The position numbers and the translations under genes are program-made. 64,000 nt of DNA from Candidatus Omnitrophota bacterium. Lineage in GTDB: Bacteria > Omnitrophota > Gorgyraeia > Gygaellales > Profunditerraquicolaceae. The notes below the pieces were generated by a model, which saw only the letters and a program-made list of their open reading frames with translations, was not told where the DNA came from and did not search any database. This document shows positions 59,693 through 64,000 of the stretch, piece after piece. Positions within the stretch are counted from its first letter, which is position 1. Every line of letters starts with the position of its first letter. The stretch lies in contig JBAZEH010000001.1 of NCBI GenBank assembly GCA_041653955.1, forward strand, positions 53,342-117,341, written 5' to 3'.

Positions 59693-60888
59693 TATCCTTC
59701 TCCTTTTATCTTTTTGGCAAAATCACTGCCATATTCATAAGAACGCCTGGTATCTTCGGCATCGGGAACGTATTTTACCGATAAGCCCGGTTGGGAAATC
59801 TCCATGCCGGTGGATTTAAGGATATCTTCTATCTCCTTTACCGCTCCCCCTGCCCACCCGTGCGAACCGAATACACAGGCCTTCCTGCCCTTAAGCGCGA
59901 ACGGCTTCACAAACTGTAAAAACGCGGCCATAGTAGGAAGCATGCCGTTATCATGAGTGGATGAGCCGAATAAAAACCCTCTTGCCTCAAGCATCTCTTT
60001 AGTGACCTCCGTGCGGTCTGCCGCGTTCACGTCAAAAAGCTTCACCTCAACCCCGGCATCTATCATGCCCTCCGCCATCTTCCTTGCCATCTTTTCGGTT
60101 GAGCCCCACATCGTCTCGTAGGCGATAACCACCTTAGGCCTGGTTTCATTATTCGCCCAGGAGGCATAAGCTTTTATTATCTTCATAGGGTCGCGGCGCC
60201 AGATAATACCATGGCTGGGAGCTATCATCTTAATAGGGAGGCCCGTCTTCTGTATCTCTTCCAATTTCCTGAGTATAACCGCGCTTAAAGGCCAAAGTAT
60301 ATTAGAGTAATATTTTGCCGCTTCATCCATAAGCGCGCATTCATCAACCTCATCGTCAAAACGCCCGGAGGTAGCGTAATGCTGGCCGAATGCGTCATTA
60401 GGCATCAATAACTGCTCCTGCGGACAATAGGTGAACATGCTGTCCGGCCAGTGGATCATCGGCGCCTCTATAAAGCTCAAGGTCCTTTTGCCTAATTCCA
60501 GGGTATCCCCTGTTTTAACCGTCTGGAACTCCCAGTCGCCGTAATAATTACGGTATAAACCCTCCTTGCACTTAGCAGTGCCCAATACCTTCGCCTTGGG
60601 GCATAATTTCATTATCGCCGGAAGCGCCCCGGAGTGGTCCGTCTCCACATGGTTTGCTATAACATAATCTATCTTTCCAACGGGCATAACCTCGCTGATA
60701 TTATCTATCAACTCACCCGCGAACGGCCCGTGCACCGTATCTATAAGGACATTTTTTTCATCCGCGATAAGATAGGCGTTATATGTCGTGCCTCTTTTGG
60801 TGCTGTAAGTGTGCCCGTGAAAATTGCGCATGTTCCAATCTATGACTCCCACTGAATAAATACCGGGTAATATCTTTAAAACGGACAT
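59692..60888 (-). CDS. fprA: Flavodiiron protein (rubredoxin:O2/NO oxidoreductase; metallo-beta-lactamase plus flavodoxin domains).
   Basis: HxExDH diiron motif (HVETDHSGAL) and C-terminal flavodoxin domain. Confidence 0.85.
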   Translation of the reverse strand: MSVLKILPGIYSVGVIDWNMRNFHGHTYSTKRGTTYNAYLIADEKNVLIDTVHGPFAGELIDNISEVMPVGKIDYVIANHVETDHSGALPAIMKLCPKAKVLGTAKCKEGLYRNYYGDWEFQTVKTGDTLELGKRTLSFIEAPMIHWPDSMFTYCPQEQLLMPNDAFGQHYATSGRFDDEVDECALMDEAAKYYSNILWPLSAVILRKLEEIQKTGLPIKMIAPSHGIIWRRDPMKIIKAYASWANNETRPKVVIAYETMWGSTEKMARKMAEGMIDAGVEVKLFDVNAADRTEVTKEMLEARGFLFGSSTHDNGMLPTMAAFLQFVKPFALKGRKACVFGSHGWAGGAVKEIEDILKSTGMEISQPGLSVKYVPDAEDTRRSYEYGSDFAKKIKGEG

Positions 60889-60903
60889 TATTTACCTCCT
60901 GTT

Positions 60904-61644
60904 CTAATACCCCTGGAACCTCTCGGTAATAATATTATCTTCTGATAAAGAGAGCTCCTCTAAAAGTATCTTTTGCATCGCCTCTACCATGGAGGGCGGG
61001 CCGCAAAGAAAAAACTTTCTTAAAGAGTAGCCGGGAACCTCATTCTTAATTACCTGGGAGTTGATCAGCCCTATGGTACATTTGAACCCTAAAGCTGGCT
61101 CGCATAGCACATGCGCCACTTTTAATCTCCGGTTCTCTTTCTGCATGGAATCAAGGTCTTCCCTGAAAATAATATCCTTTATGGAACGATTGGCGTAGAC
61201 CAGCACTATATCGGTATCCAGCTTCTTATCCGTAGCATACTTGCATATGCTCCTTACCGGGGTTATTCCTATCCCGCCGGCAAGAAAAGCTACCTTCGAA
61301 TAACCCTCCTGAAGGGTGAAACTCCCCATGGGATATTTTACGATCAACGGGTCTTTCTCCTTCAAATTATCCAGGGCCTTGGAGAAATCGCTCTGGGTGA
61401 TCCTTTTAGTGAATTCAATGTATCCTTTTTCGGTAGGAGAGCTAGATATGGATAGATACCGCCTGCATTCCTTCTCCGTCTTTAGCGAAACGCAGAGAAA
61501 CTGGCCGGACCTGTAATCTATCTCCTTTTCCGTCTTGAGACGGAAACTCTTCACATTAGGCGCCCGCTTAATGACCTCGCTGACCTTTAGTTCCAATTCA
61601 TCCGGCATTACTATCCTTTCAACCCCTTTATTATCTCTCTGCAA
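60904..61644 (-). CDS. FNR-type FAD/NAD(P)H oxidoreductase (possible NAD(P)H:rubredoxin reductase partner of FprA).
   Basis: RRYLSISS (RxYS) FAD motif, GGIGITP NAD(P) motif. Confidence 0.65.
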   Translation of the reverse strand: MQRDNKGVERIVMPDELELKVSEVIKRAPNVKSFRLKTEKEIDYRSGQFLCVSLKTEKECRRYLSISSSPTEKGYIEFTKRITQSDFSKALDNLKEKDPLIVKYPMGSFTLQEGYSKVAFLAGGIGITPVRSICKYATDKKLDTDIVLVYANRSIKDIIFREDLDSMQKENRRLKVAHVLCEPALGFKCTIGLINSQVIKNEVPGYSLRKFFLCGPPSMVEAMQKILLEELSLSEDNIITERFQGY

Positions 61645-62117
61645 AACGCCGGCAGGTCATAAGGGTTGCGGGAAGTAATGAGATTGCCGTCAACCACTAC
61701 ATCCCTATCCACATATTTGGCCCCGGCATTTATAAGATCGTCTTTTATCGCCGAAAAACCGGTTACCTTCTTCCCCTTCAGTATAGAAGCTGAAACAAGC
61801 ACCCATCCTCCGTGGCATATGGCGGCTACGATCTTCCCTCTTTTGAAGATCTCATTTACGAACCTGTTGACCTCTTCATATCTCCTTAAGATATCCGGCG
61901 CATATCCTCCGGGTATGACTACGGCGTCAAAGTCATGCGCACCCGCCTTCTTAATGGATAACTCTTCTTCAGCCGGATACCCCTCCTTACTTTTATATTC
62001 TTTCTTTCCCGTGCCCACCAACACGGCCTCCATCCCTTCTTCACGAAGGCGTAAATAAGGATACCAGACCTCCAGCACCTGATACTGGTCCTCCACTAAG
62101 ACCGCTACCCTCTTCAT
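61611..62117 (-). CDS. DJ-1/PfpI-family protein.
   Basis: Conserved nucleophile elbow AICHGGWVL. Confidence 0.75.
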   Translation of the reverse strand: MKRVAVLVEDQYQVLEVWYPYLRLREEGMEAVLVGTGKKEYKSKEGYPAEEELSIKKAGAHDFDAVVIPGGYAPDILRRYEEVNRFVNEIFKRGKIVAAICHGGWVLVSASILKGKKVTGFSAIKDDLINAGAKYVDRDVVVDGNLITSRNPYDLPAFCREIIKGLKG

Positions 62118-62968
62118 CGTTCTCCCTCCAGATCATCTATGATCTTCGCCATAATAAAATCGTTCTCTGTCAGCCCACCCGCGGCGTGCGTGGTAAGCGT
62201 AACCTTTAATTTATTGTAATTCAGGTTGAAAACAGGATGATGCCCCTGCTCTTCGGCTATCACCGAGAGCAGATCCAGGAAATATTTTGCTTCAATAAAA
62301 TCCTTGAATTTTAACGTCTTGACGAGTTTCCTGTCTTCAACAAGCTCCCAGCCCCTGTATTGGGCGAGCAATATCTCTGCCTTCTCCCTGGGTAACGGAG
62401 CTACACCCCCTTCGCACGGCTTGCAATGAGAAGGTAATCCCTCCTTAACAGGCAGGTCTGGATTATTTATTACTTCCCGGAGGCTCTCCAGCGCGCCTTC
62501 ATAATCAAGCGGGCTGGTAAGCTCCCCGGCAACCTGTATATACCTCAATATATCCCCTTTATCCAGGATAAACACTGCCCGCGCCAAAAGGTTAAGTTCC
62601 TTTACGAGCAATCCATAATTTATACCGAATGAAGAATATTTGTAATCGGAAAGGACGATCTCATTGGCGATCTTGTTGATCTCGCAGAATCTTTTCTGCG
62701 CGAACGGAAGGTCTTTGCTTATGCCCAGGACAACAATATCGGAAGATAAACCTGCTGCCCTCTTGTTAAACTCCTTGACCTGCAGATCACAGACAGGGGT
62801 GTCCAGCGAAGGGAAAGAGCTGATTATTTTTATCTTTCTCCCAAAATCGGATAGGCTTATCTCTTTCAAATCCCCTGAAACCACCCTGAACTCCGGGGCA
62901 GGCGCGCCTGCCGCCAAAAACCTGCCCACCAGGGTCAAAGGGGTGCCCTTAAAGAATACTTTACTCAT
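62114..62968 (-). CDS. Fusion of thiol peroxidase (Tpx) and pterin-4a-carbinolamine dehydratase (PCD/DCoH).
   Basis: N-terminal Tpx (SFPSLDTPVCDLQ peroxidatic Cys); C-terminal PCD motif EEQGHHPVFNLNYNKLKVTLTTH. Confidence 0.7.
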   Translation of the reverse strand: MSKVFFKGTPLTLVGRFLAAGAPAPEFRVVSGDLKEISLSDFGRKIKIISSFPSLDTPVCDLQVKEFNKRAAGLSSDIVVLGISKDLPFAQKRFCEINKIANEIVLSDYKYSSFGINYGLLVKELNLLARAVFILDKGDILRYIQVAGELTSPLDYEGALESLREVINNPDLPVKEGLPSHCKPCEGGVAPLPREKAEILLAQYRGWELVEDRKLVKTLKFKDFIEAKYFLDLLSVIAEEQGHHPVFNLNYNKLKVTLTTHAAGGLTENDFIMAKIIDDLEGER

Positions 62969-62981
62969 ATCTATCCCGATT

Positions 62982-63143
62982 TTAACCTATTTTCTCAAAT
63001 TGGCTTTTGTCTACCCCGCACTCCGGACAGACCCATGTATCGGGCAGGGATGAAAAAGCTGTTCCCGCGGCGATCCCCTGAGTTGAATCTCCGACTGCCG
63101 GATCATAGATATAACCGCACACCTTGCATTTATATTTCTCCAT
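62982..63143 (-). CDS. Rubredoxin (53 aa), found manually because it is below the ORF-track size cutoff.
   Basis: [53 protein letters not shown], with CxxCG … CPxCG motifs and an AAGGAG SD. Confidence 0.85.
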   Translation of the reverse strand: MEKYKCKVCGYIYDPAVGDSTQGIAAGTAFSSLPDTWVCPECGVDKSQFEKIG

Positions 63144-63190
63144 CGCTTCTCCTTTTCTGGGACGAAATAAAAACTTGCCCCTATCTTTTT

Positions 63191-63361
63191 TTATACACAG
63201 GCCAATATCTTCGCGCTCTCTTTGGCCGTAAGATTTTCAACCTCATTCAGCAATAATGCCATCCGGTATTGCATCCGCGTATTGCGTCTGGTTATGCTTA
63301 ACGCAAGCCGGTAGACTTTATCCCTGTAATCGTTGAATACCGTTTTTATATCAAAATCCAT
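63191..63361 (-). pseudogene. Short sigma-70/ECF-like fragment (region 2.1-like YRDKVYRLAL fused to a region-4-like HTH). Possibly a gene remnant.
   Basis: MDFDIKTVFNDYRDKVYRLALSITRRN … [17 protein letters not shown]; too short for a complete sigma factor. Confidence 0.25.
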
Positions 63362-64000
63362 TGAGCAGCTCTTTGATCTTAACTTCCGCGCCCACGCGCC
63401 CCGCTGCGGATGCGCCTTTGGAGAAATTATCCTCAAAAGTTGGCGATTCTTTATCATAGAATTTACCCAGGGCTATTGGGGCGTCGGAATTATAATCCCA
63501 CTCCCTGATCTTCCCTAAGGCCTGGTTAAAATCTCCGGAGTTATGTTCTTTCAATTCATACACGCGCTTGTCGTAATACTCATACATATTATAATATGTA
63601 ACGCATACTTGCAATACATCAACCAACGAGAACCCTTTATGCATAATAGCTTCTTTAAATATCTTCTTCAGCAATTCAATGCCGTGGGAGGTCCCGCGCG
63701 CAAGATAGGTAGCTCCGCTTGAAAGCATAAGCTCAAGCGGATTTAAGGGTAATTCTTTTGTCCCCCCGGGAGTAGAGCGGCCGCGGAAACCCTGGGGGGA
63801 AGTCGGGGTATACTGGCCCGTAGTCAGCCCGTATACACGGTTGTTATGTATTATCATCGTAATATCAATATTTCTTTTCGCCGCGAATATCAGGTGTTCT
63901 ATGCCCTCCCCGTAAGCGTCCCCGTCACCGGCAAACCCTATTACCTTGGCTTCGGGACGGGAGATCTTAATCGCTTCCGCCGGAGATACCACCCTGCCAT
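63351..64000 (-). CDS. 2-oxoacid:ferredoxin oxidoreductase beta subunit (TPP-binding). The 5' end lies beyond the window.
   Basis: GFAGDGDAYGEGIEHL TPP motif. The frame stays open upstream of the listed GTG to the window edge. Confidence 0.7.
   Translation of the reverse strand, partial: GRVVSPAEAIKISRPEAKVIGFAGDGDAYGEGIEHLIFAAKRNIDITMIIHNNRVYGLTTGQYTPTSPQGFRGRSTPGGTKELPLNPLELMLSSGATYLARGTSHGIELLKKIFKEAIMHKGFSLVDVLQVCVTYYNMYEYYDKRVYELKEHNSGDFNQALGKIREWDYNSDAPIALGKFYDKESPTFEDNFSKGASAAGRVGAEVKIKELLNGF

Noticed and set aside
63035-63256. A 73-aa plus-strand ORF.
   Set aside because: It lies antisense to the manually identified rubredoxin gene, which has textbook CxxCG/CPxCG motifs and an SD.

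Overview
This window reads as anaerobic bacterial chromosome, probably an uncultured lineage, with about 50% GC. It is gene-dense, and roughly 75 of 80 genes sit on the minus strand. From start to end:
- enolase (partial, GTG start), an FtsH-like protease, a lipoprotein, purN, then a complete rnfCDGEAB operon
- an MFS transporter, tRNA-Thr, cspA with promoter and terminator, and a TMTC-like TPR membrane protein
- tRNA-Phe with an adjacent 82-bp tandem repeat, then pssA, an NSS transporter, a HycI-type hydrogenase maturation protease, small genes (PC4/YdbC-like, YjeF_N, MazG-like), a cNMP-binding/ParA-like/patatin multidomain protein, a GH1 glycosidase and two more transporters
- an ~14-kb minus-strand operon (23.2-37.0 kb) that joins a group-4 energy-converting [NiFe]-hydrogenase module (NuoB/C/D/H/I-like subunits with intact Ni-binding cysteines) to a full Mrp antiporter set (MrpA-G plus a third NuoL/M/N-like subunit) and, at its head, a sulfhydrogenase beta/gamma-like (AsrA/AsrB-like) FeS/FAD module plus a ferredoxin, with a PhoU-like gene embedded
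- a second TMTC-like protein, GatB/YqeY, a PfkB kinase, uppP, an Aas-like acyl-ACP-synthetase/carrier/acyltransferase fusion with LplT-like MFS, rluA-family, nadA and mnmA
- a REP-associated tyrosine transposase (RAYT) flanked by inverted REP halves, whose full nested-palindrome copies also occur at two other sites (purN/rnfB and rnfE/rnfD junctions) and encode the C-termini of RnfB and RnfD
- a TonB-dependent receptor, birA, and a sulfur cluster (nifS, LarE-like, NIL-ferredoxin, COG1900/DUF39, NifU-like, cysK, Rrf2)
- an O2/ROS detoxification island (nrnA, trxB, glutaredoxin, ferritin-like, PNPOx-like, flavodiiron protein, FNR-like reductase, DJ-1, Tpx-PCD fusion, rubredoxin), ending in a partial 2-oxoacid:ferredoxin oxidoreductase beta subunit.
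The hydrogenase-Mrp-HydBG-like supercluster and the REPtron with protein-tail-encoding REP copies are the most interesting signals.
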